A DNA stretch of 64,000 nucleotides from an uncultured Rikenellaceae bacterium (GTDB lineage Bacteria > Bacteroidota > Bacteroidia > Bacteroidales > VadinHA17), in the NCBI GenBank assembly GCA_963770745.1, contig CAVYRA010000001.1, positions 24,832 to 88,831 on the forward strand, in the 5' to 3' direction. Shown here piece by piece: positions 36,791-45,570 of the stretch. The stretch's first letter is position 1. Every line of letters begins with the position of its first letter. Below the pieces are notes generated by a model. The model was given only the letters and a program-made list of their open reading frames with translations. It made no database searches and was not told the origin of the DNA. A program made the translations under genes and the position numbers.

Positions 36791-37626
36791 AAGTTTTCAT
36801 TTCTCAATTTTTCAATACTGCTGCTCCTTTTCAGGCTTCTTGCAGCACGAGCCACCAGCCAGAACAACACCATTACCGTCACTATTGTTGCGCCGGTGGG
36901 CAGGTTGGTGAACCATGAAACTGCGAACCCGGCGCTGATACTGATGAAACTCACAAGAGTCGACAATATAATGATCCGCAGGTATTTCCTCGTGAAGAGC
37001 ATGATAATATTTGCCGGTATGGTAAGCAGGGCTATTATCATAATTACCCCTGCCATCCTTATGTTAAGCACAATCACCAGTCCCGTAAGGCCAACCGATA
37101 TATATTTGAAAAGATCGACATGCCTTGAGAAGGTACGGGCATAATTCTCGTCGAATGAGATGTACAGCAGTGTCCTGTAAAAGAGGGTTGTGAAGAGTAT
37201 CAGCACCGCCGATATTATTCCCAGGGCAATCAGGTCGCCGTTTGTAACCGTGAGTATGCTTCCGAAAAGATAGCTCATGAGGTTGGGGGCGTATCCCGGT
37301 GTCAGGTAGATAAAGATTATTCCGACGGCCATTCCCAGGGCCCAGAGTATGCCAATGGCGCTGTCTTCTCGCATCCTGCCCCTGGCTGACATGTACTCCA
37401 TTCCGAGCGCTGACCCGAGTCCGAATACCGCAGCACCCACCACCGGGTTGATCCCAAGGTAATAACCCATTCCTATCCCGCCAAATGAGGCATGTGTTAT
37501 GCCTCCGCTGAGGAAAACCAGCCTTCTTGAAACGATGTATGTTCCTGCAATTCCTGCCGTGATGCTGGCGAAAATTGCACCCAGCAGCGACCTGACGACA
37601 AACGTGTATTCAAAAAGATTCTCCAT
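36787..37626 (-). CDS. znuB: Zn/Mn ABC transporter permease
   Basis: GITHASFGG, EDSAIG and YLFGSIL; hydrophobic. Confidence 0.85.
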   Translation of the reverse strand: MENLFEYTFVVRSLLGAIFASITAGIAGTYIVSRRLVFLSGGITHASFGGIGMGYYLGINPVVGAAVFGLGSALGMEYMSARGRMREDSAIGILWALGMAVGIIFIYLTPGYAPNLMSYLFGSILTVTNGDLIALGIISAVLILFTTLFYRTLLYISFDENYARTFSRHVDLFKYISVGLTGLVIVLNIRMAGVIMIIALLTIPANIIMLFTRKYLRIIILSTLVSFISISAGFAVSWFTNLPTGATIVTVMVLFWLVARAARSLKRSSSIEKLRNENL

Positions 37627-38372
37627 TAACTGTGCTTGTGGAGTACAATATGAGGCACATCACCGTGTGTGACGAGCTGTATTGGGCAACCGTACAGCCT
37701 GAGGTCCTCGTCGGTTATCTTGCTGTGCGGATGGTAGAACAGTGATCCGTTGACGCAGGCGAACGACTTAACCCATGTGGAGATGGTACCGACATCATGT
37801 GACACCATCATTATGGTCATCTTGTTGTTAAGAAGCCGGAGCTTATCGTAAAAATCAGCCTCGAAGGAGGCGTCGACGAATGTTGCTGGCTCATCGAGCA
37901 GGAGCAGTCGCGGTGAACCGGAAACCGCCCTTGCAAGGTAGACGCGCTGGAGCTGACCACCGGAAAGTTCGTTCAGGGCCTGGTGAGCCAGCTTTGTGAG
38001 GCCCAGCTCATCCATTACCTCCCCGGCACGCAGCCTCTCCTTCCGTCCCATCCTTCCTGTTGCGCTCATGCCCAGCATCAGGCCGGAGAGGACCACATCC
38101 TCAACGGTGACGGGGAACATTAAATCACCCAGGGCTACCTGTGGCATGTATCCTATCTGGTTAAGCCTCAGTTCTCCGGGAGAATAATCGACCCTGCCTG
38201 ACAACGGTTTCAGGAGCCCCAGGATCACCTTCAGAAGCGTCGTCTTGCCACCTCCGTTGGGACCAATGATACCAATGAAGTCGTTCTCCTCAACAGCCAT
38301 AGTGATCTCCCTGAGGACTACCTTCTCCTCGTAGCCTGCGGTGACGGATTCTATGTTGAATAAGACGCTCAT
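37626..38372 (-). CDS. znuC: Zn/Mn ABC transporter ATP-binding protein
   Basis: GPNGGGKT, LSGGQLQR, LLLDEP and His-containing C-terminus. Confidence 0.85.
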   Translation of the reverse strand: MSVLFNIESVTAGYEEKVVLREITMAVEENDFIGIIGPNGGGKTTLLKVILGLLKPLSGRVDYSPGELRLNQIGYMPQVALGDLMFPVTVEDVVLSGLMLGMSATGRMGRKERLRAGEVMDELGLTKLAHQALNELSGGQLQRVYLARAVSGSPRLLLLDEPATFVDASFEADFYDKLRLLNNKMTIMMVSHDVGTISTWVKSFACVNGSLFYHPHSKITDEDLRLYGCPIQLVTHGDVPHIVLHKHS

Positions 38373-38377
38373 GTCAG

Positions 38378-38522
38378 GTAAAAGTCTGTAAAGTCTTTAA
38401 AGTCGAAAGTCCATAAAGTCGAAAGTCTGAAGGATTTGCGATTTGCGATTTGCGATTTGTGATTAAATCGACAGTCGAAAATCTGAAATCGAAAATTCTT
38501 CTATTGCCTATTGCCTACTGCC
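38378..38522. repeat. Dispersed composite short-unit repeat element, copy B
   Basis: Near-identical to 185-357. Sits between znuA and znuC and overlaps the znuA stop codon. Confidence 0.85.
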
Positions 38523-39540
38523 TCTTGCCTAATGCATATGCTACTTCAAGAACAGCCTCAGGCCAGTTTCTGTTCATCGGGTTAATGACAATCAGTTCCG
38601 CACCGGTCTCCCCGGAGAGCGACCTGGCGTTGCGCAAATCGTATTCTGCCTGTATGAAGATAGTCCTTATTTCCTTATTCCTGGCAAGGTCAATCAGTTG
38701 TTTCATGCGTGCGGGAGACGGGCTCTTACCCTCATCCTCGAAGGAAACCTGCTCGAAACCATAATCGCGTCCCATGTATGCCAGCGCGGGATGGTAGATC
38801 ATTACCGTTTTAACGGGTGCTGCAGCCACAGCCTGGCGGACCAGCGAGTCAATCTCCACAATCCTTTTCAACACGGCTGCAAGGTTTGCCCCGTACTTTT
38901 CATATGACCCGGGATTCAGTGCAATAAGGAAATCGGTTATATCATGGGCCATGACCATTGCTTCCTCGGGAGACATCCAGTAGTGGGGGTCAGGGCCGCC
39001 ATGAGCGTGACTGTCATGGCTCTCTCCCTGATTGGGATGTGCCTCAGGGCTCCCGACTTCATGGGCATGACCGTCATGATCAGCTCCCTCCGTGGTATCC
39101 GGTTCATGGGCATGACCGTCATGATCAGCTCCCTCGGCGGTATCCGATACGTAGGAAAGGTACTCCTCTTCTGCCGCTGTCTCACCGGAGCCGATAAGAC
39201 GGATGTTGCGCGACAGGTCCAGCACCCTCATCTTTTGATTTACCTGCATGAACCTGTTCATCCAGGCCTCCTCAAACCCCAGTTTACCGTTAATGATCAA
39301 TGCCTCTGAGCCTGACAGTGCATTAATCTGCGCCGGCAGCGGCTCCCAAATGTGATGGTCAGCCCCCGGGGGAAGAAGCACATTTACGGTAAAGTCATCT
39401 CCTGCAATACCCTCAACGAACCAGGCAAAGGGAGGTATGGTAACGGTAATGATCCTCTCACCGCTGCCGGTGCCTGACCGGCGGCCGCATGAGGTGATTG
39501 CAAGTGCCAATATAAGCAGCCATATTGTGTTTCGTCTCAT
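38515..39540 (-). CDS. znuA: Zn ABC transporter substrate-binding lipoprotein with His-rich loop
   Basis: Lipobox ITS-C, PPGADHHIWEP, DPHYWMSP and YHPAL. The His-rich loop contains a 45-bp duplication (39058-39146). Confidence 0.88.
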   Translation of the reverse strand: MRRNTIWLLILALAITSCGRRSGTGSGERIITVTIPPFAWFVEGIAGDDFTVNVLLPPGADHHIWEPLPAQINALSGSEALIINGKLGFEEAWMNRFMQVNQKMRVLDLSRNIRLIGSGETAAEEEYLSYVSDTAEGADHDGHAHEPDTTEGADHDGHAHEVGSPEAHPNQGESHDSHAHGGPDPHYWMSPEEAMVMAHDITDFLIALNPGSYEKYGANLAAVLKRIVEIDSLVRQAVAAAPVKTVMIYHPALAYMGRDYGFEQVSFEDEGKSPSPARMKQLIDLARNKEIRTIFIQAEYDLRNARSLSGETGAELIVINPMNRNWPEAVLEVAYALGKRQ

Positions 39541-39630
39541 AACAATCAGTTTTGCCATGCAAAATTAACAATATGCCAATCGGGGGCAAAAACCCCGTAA
39601 AAATAAATCACACCATGGAATGTAAACAAG

Positions 39631-39657
39631 CGGAGACAGGTCGCTGACCTGTCTCCG
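39631..39657 (-). terminator. Perfect 12-bp hairpin, probable terminator
   Basis: CGGAGACAGGTC-GCT-GACCTGTCTCCG, downstream of the 39719 gene. Confidence 0.65.
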
Positions 39658-39718
39658 TAATTGACTACAATAGATTTGTAATCAATAAATTGAATTAATT
39701 ATAAAGCAGAAAACCAAA

Positions 39719-40459
39719 TCAATTTGAGTTCAGTGATATACGAAGATTGCCTGTGGCCTCCTTCGCCCTGATCTTAAATACCCACTTCCCGTTCTTCCAT
39801 CCGTTATTCGCACCCGCCTCAAAATTCTTCCTCCAGTTAAGGCTCCCATTCTCATCGAGGATAACCTCAGAGAGCTGCTTCCCGTCAGGCATGATGACGG
39901 CAACGGTAATGGACCCCTCTGCACAGTCGCCCGAGACAGAAAGGTTAACACTGGTCTCATCAGAAGCGCTCATGGTAAATTCATTTGTGAATGTCGCCTC
40001 CATGACCTGGCGCGAGTAATTCCATGACGAACCCGGTTTGCTTGCATGTCCGCTGTTGCTGAATACGTAGTAATCACCGGGATTGGGAAGCCCGTACCTG
40101 AGTATCCTGCCATCCGGTACAACCATTACGGGAAGGTCCCTGGTAAGATCATAGGCGTCCTTACGGATATCTTCCATTTTCATGTGCTGCCATTCAAATT
40201 CCTTCTCCATTTTTGCGGCATTACCCTCAATCTCAGCTATTTTCTTCTGCATTTCCATCTCCTTCTTTTTTGCTTCCATCTCCATCCGCTTCTGGATCTG
40301 CTGCTCCTCCTCGCTCAAGGTATGGACCTTCTTCTGCATTTCAGCCTCCTTCTGCTTCTGCTGTTCGGCAGAGAGAGGCGTGCCCTGCCCCGATGCAGTT
40401 GATGCCGACAGCATTAATACCATGGCACCGATTGCGATTGAATAAACTGTTCTTTTCAT
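39719..40459 (-). CDS. Hypothetical secreted protein (charged coiled coil plus beta-rich C-terminal domain)
   Basis: Likely start at 40459 (MKRTVYSIAIGAMVLMLSASTASG-Q); E/K/Q/M-rich helix. Confidence 0.75.
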   Translation of the reverse strand: MKRTVYSIAIGAMVLMLSASTASGQGTPLSAEQQKQKEAEMQKKVHTLSEEEQQIQKRMEMEAKKKEMEMQKKIAEIEGNAAKMEKEFEWQHMKMEDIRKDAYDLTRDLPVMVVPDGRILRYGLPNPGDYYVFSNSGHASKPGSSWNYSRQVMEATFTNEFTMSASDETSVNLSVSGDCAEGSITVAVIMPDGKQLSEVILDENGSLNWRKNFEAGANNGWKNGKWVFKIRAKEATGNLRISLNSN

Positions 40460-40513
40460 GACTACCCTGTTAATTGTTTTCGATGTAAATTTACAGCACA
40501 AATACTCAGCCAC

Positions 40514-40553
40514 AGGTTAACGGGAGGTTAATGCAAGGTTAATCCTGCTTTAA
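40514..40553. promoter_or_regulatory. AGGTTAA direct repeats at 11-bp period (OmpR-family-type boxes)
   Basis: Copies at 40514, 40525 and 40536, plus a degenerate one at 40547, between the divergent secreted-protein and two-component genes. Confidence 0.65.
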
Positions 40554-40592
40554 ATCCGAATCAATGTATAATTTTGAGTTAAAATCAACTGA

Positions 40593-41942
40593 ATGAAGCG
40601 CCAACTCCTTCTCGTTGTATCGCTTGTAGCCCTGGTTCTCTTTGTTGCCGTCCAGTTCTATCTCATACACAGCATCTGGAAGCAGAAAGAGGAGATCCTG
40701 GTAATGAGGTACAGGGATCTCTCACGGGAAGGTTTATCGTTGCTGCTCTCCAAAAAGCAGAGCAACGGGTTCGAGAAGGCGATGGATGTGACTGACAGGT
40801 TTGCCTCTTATCTTTTAATTGAGGAACTGAACAAGCGTGAGTTGGCGGATGATACAGCCGCAATTCGCAGGCTGGCTCTGCAGGAGACATATTCAATCCT
40901 GTATAAAAATGAGATGCTGACCCCTTTCCTCAAAACCTTTGTAGGGCAGACCGGTTTTGACAATGATTTCAAGCCTGTGCTGGCAATCAAACGATTTGAA
41001 CTGATTTACGGGAATCAAAGATTTGTACTGGCCGACACTGTTTTCAAAACTAAAAAGAAGAACCTGGTCATCGTCAACACCTTCAAGGAAGAGCACAACA
41101 ATTTCCTCATTGAATACCATTACCTGATAGATCTCACCCACAAGAATGAGCTGGTATTCAAGGGTGCCCTCTTCTCCTTTGTTCTTATCATTTCCAGTAC
41201 ACTGATTGTCTTCCTCGTCTTTGGCATCACCTGGAGGAACCTGATGGAGGAGAGACGACTCTCAGAGCTGAAGAGCGACTTCATAAACAACATGACCCAC
41301 GAGCTCAAGACGCCCCTTTCAACCATTACCGTAGCCGGCAGAACCCTTGAGAAGGAGCAGATCCTCTCTGACAGGGAGAGGGTACTGGAGACGGCTCAGA
41401 TGATCGGCAAGCAGAGCATTCACCTTAACCAGCTGATCAACACTATTCTCGAGGTGACTTTCCTGGAGAGAACGGAATTTGAACTTGACAGGCATAAGGT
41501 GTCGGTTGATGAACTGATGCACCAGATAGTGACATCGTTCCTTACTTCCTGCGACGGCTGTGCAGTAATCAGGGAGAGCTACGGGGTCAATGGCACTGCC
41601 GTATCGCTTGACCTTGTCTACTTCACCACCCTGATCAACAATCTTCTGACCAACGCCATGAAATACTGCGAAAGGGAGCCTGAGATAGATGTTACGACAG
41701 CCATAAACTGCGGCAACCTTGAGATCACTATCGCTGACAACGGGATTGGCATCTCACGTGACCACATAGACCACATCTTCGAAAAGTTCTACAGAGTACC
41801 CCACGGCAACATTCACAAAACCAAGGGCCTGGGACTGGGGCTCTATTATGTTAAGCGGATTGCCCGGGCTCACGGAGGAGATGTATCCGTAGGCAGCAAA
41901 CCCGGCAAGGGAACGACATTCAGAATCAGAATACCAATATAA
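40593..41942 (+). CDS. Sensor histidine kinase
   Basis: Two TM segments, FINNMTHELKTPL, NLLTNAMKY, DNGIGI and GLGLGL. Confidence 0.93.
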   Translation: MKRQLLLVVSLVALVLFVAVQFYLIHSIWKQKEEILVMRYRDLSREGLSLLLSKKQSNGFEKAMDVTDRFASYLLIEELNKRELADDTAAIRRLALQETYSILYKNEMLTPFLKTFVGQTGFDNDFKPVLAIKRFELIYGNQRFVLADTVFKTKKKNLVIVNTFKEEHNNFLIEYHYLIDLTHKNELVFKGALFSFVLIISSTLIVFLVFGITWRNLMEERRLSELKSDFINNMTHELKTPLSTITVAGRTLEKEQILSDRERVLETAQMIGKQSIHLNQLINTILEVTFLERTEFELDRHKVSVDELMHQIVTSFLTSCDGCAVIRESYGVNGTAVSLDLVYFTTLINNLLTNAMKYCEREPEIDVTTAINCGNLEITIADNGIGISRDHIDHIFEKFYRVPHGNIHKTKGLGLGLYYVKRIARAHGGDVSVGSKPGKGTTFRIRIPI

Positions 41943-41950
41943 ATAAGGCC

Positions 41951-42622
41951 ATGAAAATCCTGCTTGCTGAAGACGATATCGATTTCGGGAACATACTCTC
42001 ACAGTACGTTACCCTTAGCGGATTCGAAGTGACACTGGCCCGCAACGGCCGTGAAGCATGGGACATGTTCCACGCATCCCGTCCCGATATATGCGTACTA
42101 GATGTCATGATGCCCGAGATGGATGGTTTTACGCTCGCTGAAAAGATGCGTGCCGAGGAGCCGGGAGTGCCCTTCATCTTCCTTACGGCCAAGAGCCTCA
42201 GGGAGGACATCATCAAGGGTCTGAAACTGGGTGCAGACGACTACATCACCAAGCCGTTCGACCCGGAGATGCTGATGCTGCGCATCAACAACATCCTGCG
42301 AAGGGTTTACTCGGCTGTTGAGGATGAATACACAATCTCCGGAACCACCCTGAAGTACAATTCCCTGGAACTGATCACCCCTGCAGGCAAGGAGAAACTC
42401 ACGCTGCGCGAGGCACAGCTCCTGAGACACCTCATGATGAACCGCAACAAGTCACAGACACGTGAGCAGATCCTCACAGAGATTTGGGGACAGGATGATT
42501 ATTTCCTCGGCAGGAGCATGGATGTCTTCATAAGCCGCCTTCGCAAATACCTGTCAGCCGATAACGGTATTGCCCTGAGGACCCTCAGGGGAATGGGATT
42601 CATCCTTGAAGAGGTCCACTAA
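41951..42622 (+). CDS. OmpR-family response regulator (RprY-like)
   Basis: LLAEDD, LDVMMP, GADDYITKPF and DDYFLGRSMDVFISRLRK. Confidence 0.93.
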   Translation: MKILLAEDDIDFGNILSQYVTLSGFEVTLARNGREAWDMFHASRPDICVLDVMMPEMDGFTLAEKMRAEEPGVPFIFLTAKSLREDIIKGLKLGADDYITKPFDPEMLMLRINNILRRVYSAVEDEYTISGTTLKYNSLELITPAGKEKLTLREAQLLRHLMMNRNKSQTREQILTEIWGQDDYFLGRSMDVFISRLRKYLSADNGIALRTLRGMGFILEEVH

Positions 42623-42659
42623 CCTGCAGTCTCAATCATTCAGATCTGTAAGAGGTACA

Positions 42660-45473
42660 TTAATCGGCTGTCTCAGCCTCGCGGATAAGAAATTCCGTCA
42701 GATTGACGTCATGGCTGAGTTTAAGTTTTGTCCTGAGCCTGTAACGACCAATCTCCACCGCCCGCGTTGAGATATTCGAGAGGTTGGCTATCTCCTTTGT
42801 TGTAAAGTTCATCCTCAGGTATGAACAGAGCCTGAGGTCATTGGGAGTAAGTGACGGATACTTATTCTTCATCTTGCTGAAGAATCCTTCCTGCGAAAAC
42901 TTAAGGTTCTTCATCACATTCTGCCACTCTTCGGTCTGGGTATCAAGTCCGTGATCAATGATCTGTTCCATCTCCTTCACGAACCGGGCCGGCATCTTTG
43001 AAGACGACTCCTTGACAGACTCCAGCTTGTCACGCAGTTCACGCAGGGTATCAGTTTTTCTTATAAGATACCGCATAGTCAGCATCAGCTCATAACTTTT
43101 GTAGTCAAGCTCGCTCTCAAGCCTGTTCTTCCCCACCTCATATTCAATCATGCGGCGGTGCCTCTCAAGAGCCAACTTGAATATCCTTAGCCCGGCCGCA
43201 ATGAGTCCCGAGACGATAAGAACATATAATACCCATGCCCACCCGGTCAGCAGGAAAGGCCTTCGGATGACAAAAAGAGCTTCGGCGAAGCCTTTACCGC
43301 CATTCTCCCTTACCTGCAGATGATACTCTCCGTGCCGCAGGTTTAGAAGAGAGAAATTGTCTGCCGCAGTATAATACCACTCTTCGCCCAGCTCCGTAAT
43401 CCTGTACATGTACTCGCGCCCTTCACGGTCAAAGCCTGCCGGATTGGAAATATAGACCGTAAGGTTGTTTTCCCTGCTTGAGACGGACAGGTTTTCATTC
43501 TTTCCGGGAAAGAGTGTCGTGCTTCTGCTTTCCCCGCTGAAGAAAAGCCGGCTTATATTTAGTGCAGATCCGGTACCGGCATCGCTCAGTCTATCAAGAT
43601 TGTAAATGCTGAATGCCTGCCCGGTTGGAATAAGAAGCCTTACAGAGTCGAGTGACATGATCTGCTGTTCGCGCCATGGCAGGTCGACATATTCATGAAC
43701 GAACTCCAGCACCATTTCTGCCTGCAGATCGCGGGTGACATTGAAGAGTGCAATCCTGTTGTTGAGTACGAACCAGTAGCTGTTACCCCGGTAGGATATT
43801 ATCTGTGTTGCGCCGGCAAATTCTCCCAGGCCCGCTTCAAGGGATGTGACAGGGAAAAAGTCCCTTTTCTCATAATCGAATGCAAAGATATGGTCAGATG
43901 CCATGAAGACAACCTGGTTATTCAGGCTTGACATTGACAGAATTTTCGAGCTGTCTGCCAGTAAGCTGAAGTACAGTGAGCTGACGATAGAGTCTGCCTG
44001 CTCATTTATCTCCAGCCTGTAGATCCCTTTCTGCGGATGGACTGCCCAGACATAGCCCAGGTAATCAATCTCAAGGAACCTGGTTGGCTCTATGTAACCT
44101 TCAATCCTGTTGCGGTAAACCCATTTACCGGCTGCATCTTTCCTGAAAGAGACGATACCGGTGTAGGTGCCTTCAAGCAGAAGCTCGCCATAAGGCTTGA
44201 ATGACCACCCGCCGGTCACGTCAGAAATTTTTTCAGCATTGCCGCCATCAATAATAAACGTTCCGTCGTTGTGGCCGCACAGGATCTGGCCGTCATATTG
44301 AGCGAGATTCCAGACCTGACCCTGGGTATTGGGTATTATCCGAAGGTCAGAGAAACGATAGTTACCATCATCGGGCGAGATAGTTGCAGCAAACAAGCCG
44401 TGATTGGTTCCGAGGTAGAGGTGATTGAGATCCCTGATTGCGGTGTATATTGTTCCAAGGGCACCGCTGGTATTTGCGTAATTTGTAACGTGAGAAGAGG
44501 TCAGGATATAATTTGCCCCGTCATCAAGGCCCGCCCAGACGCCTCCCGAATCATCAAGGTAAAGGGATAGTACGGTATTATTATTCAATCCTTTAGAATA
44601 ATCAAAGGTCTCCAGAATCCTGCCTGACCTGTCACAGAAGGTAACTCCCTTCAGAATTGTTCCGAAAACTATCATATTATCATTCACTGCCAGACCCGCG
44701 TTGCAGGTAGCCTCTTTCAGATAAAGTGATATCTCCGTATTCACAGGGGAGAAATCCGTACCGTTAAACGCAAAGATCCCGTCGTTGGCCGTGCATATCC
44801 ACTGATCGCCTGGGCCAAAATCAATAAGGGCATGCACCTTCAGTGATCCGAACGGTTCACTGCCCTCGATGAAGGTGAAGCCGGAACCGTCAAACCAATA
44901 AAGACCATGTCCCAGGGCCTGTGCAATAAACCCCTCTCCCACCCTGAAAAAGAAGAGCATGAATGAGGGCGTCTCAACCTTCCGGACCTCATTGTAATCA
45001 TATATATAGACAGCTGTAAACGACTGGAAATAAATGGTATGATTAAGCTCATAAATGTTCCATATCTCATCATTTTTTGATATGCCTGTTCCCTCCGCCA
45101 GGGATACGTAGGAGAGCCTTCCCGGCTCAGTCCTGCTCCAGATGCCAAAGTCCTCGAAGGAGCCCGTAAAAATCATCCCGTCATTGTTTACATATACCGA
45201 CCGGACCCCCTGCCTGCTGGGGACTGCATATGTTCTGGCCGTAATGCCGTTATATTCAATCAGTCCGGCAGAGTTGGCGAAATAAATGTATCCGCTTGAG
45301 GGATCACGGCATATTTCCCAGTTCTGACTTAGAACGGGAATAACTCCTGAAATGAACTTATGTATCTCATTCTGACTTCCTCCCTGCTGTCCGGGGCTCA
45401 GTGCTGAAAATGGCAGAAGACAAATCAACAAGAATAGTGATCTGGCGTTTCCCCATCCTGCTTTTCCTGACAT
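42660..45473 (-). CDS. Beta-propeller / Y_Y_Y / TM / LuxR-HTH transmembrane regulator (probable PUL regulator)
   Basis: Periplasmic propeller (GLNNNTVLSL, YLGTNHGLF), Y_Y_Y-like domain, TM segment, coiled coil and LTPNDLRLCSYLRMN...KEIA...RYRLRTKL HTH; no kinase domain. Confidence 0.85.
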   Translation of the reverse strand: MSGKAGWGNARSLFLLICLLPFSALSPGQQGGSQNEIHKFISGVIPVLSQNWEICRDPSSGYIYFANSAGLIEYNGITARTYAVPSRQGVRSVYVNNDGMIFTGSFEDFGIWSRTEPGRLSYVSLAEGTGISKNDEIWNIYELNHTIYFQSFTAVYIYDYNEVRKVETPSFMLFFFRVGEGFIAQALGHGLYWFDGSGFTFIEGSEPFGSLKVHALIDFGPGDQWICTANDGIFAFNGTDFSPVNTEISLYLKEATCNAGLAVNDNMIVFGTILKGVTFCDRSGRILETFDYSKGLNNNTVLSLYLDDSGGVWAGLDDGANYILTSSHVTNYANTSGALGTIYTAIRDLNHLYLGTNHGLFAATISPDDGNYRFSDLRIIPNTQGQVWNLAQYDGQILCGHNDGTFIIDGGNAEKISDVTGGWSFKPYGELLLEGTYTGIVSFRKDAAGKWVYRNRIEGYIEPTRFLEIDYLGYVWAVHPQKGIYRLEINEQADSIVSSLYFSLLADSSKILSMSSLNNQVVFMASDHIFAFDYEKRDFFPVTSLEAGLGEFAGATQIISYRGNSYWFVLNNRIALFNVTRDLQAEMVLEFVHEYVDLPWREQQIMSLDSVRLLIPTGQAFSIYNLDRLSDAGTGSALNISRLFFSGESRSTTLFPGKNENLSVSSRENNLTVYISNPAGFDREGREYMYRITELGEEWYYTAADNFSLLNLRHGEYHLQVRENGGKGFAEALFVIRRPFLLTGWAWVLYVLIVSGLIAAGLRIFKLALERHRRMIEYEVGKNRLESELDYKSYELMLTMRYLIRKTDTLRELRDKLESVKESSSKMPARFVKEMEQIIDHGLDTQTEEWQNVMKNLKFSQEGFFSKMKNKYPSLTPNDLRLCSYLRMNFTTKEIANLSNISTRAVEIGRYRLRTKLKLSHDVNLTEFLIREAETAD

Positions 45474-45570
45474 AAGACCGGATTATTTCTTCACATCCTG
45501 TTATCGTCAGTAAATATACAAAAAAGCTTTTACCGGAATCCCCGGAAGAGGAAACTGTCTGTCCGTGCCG

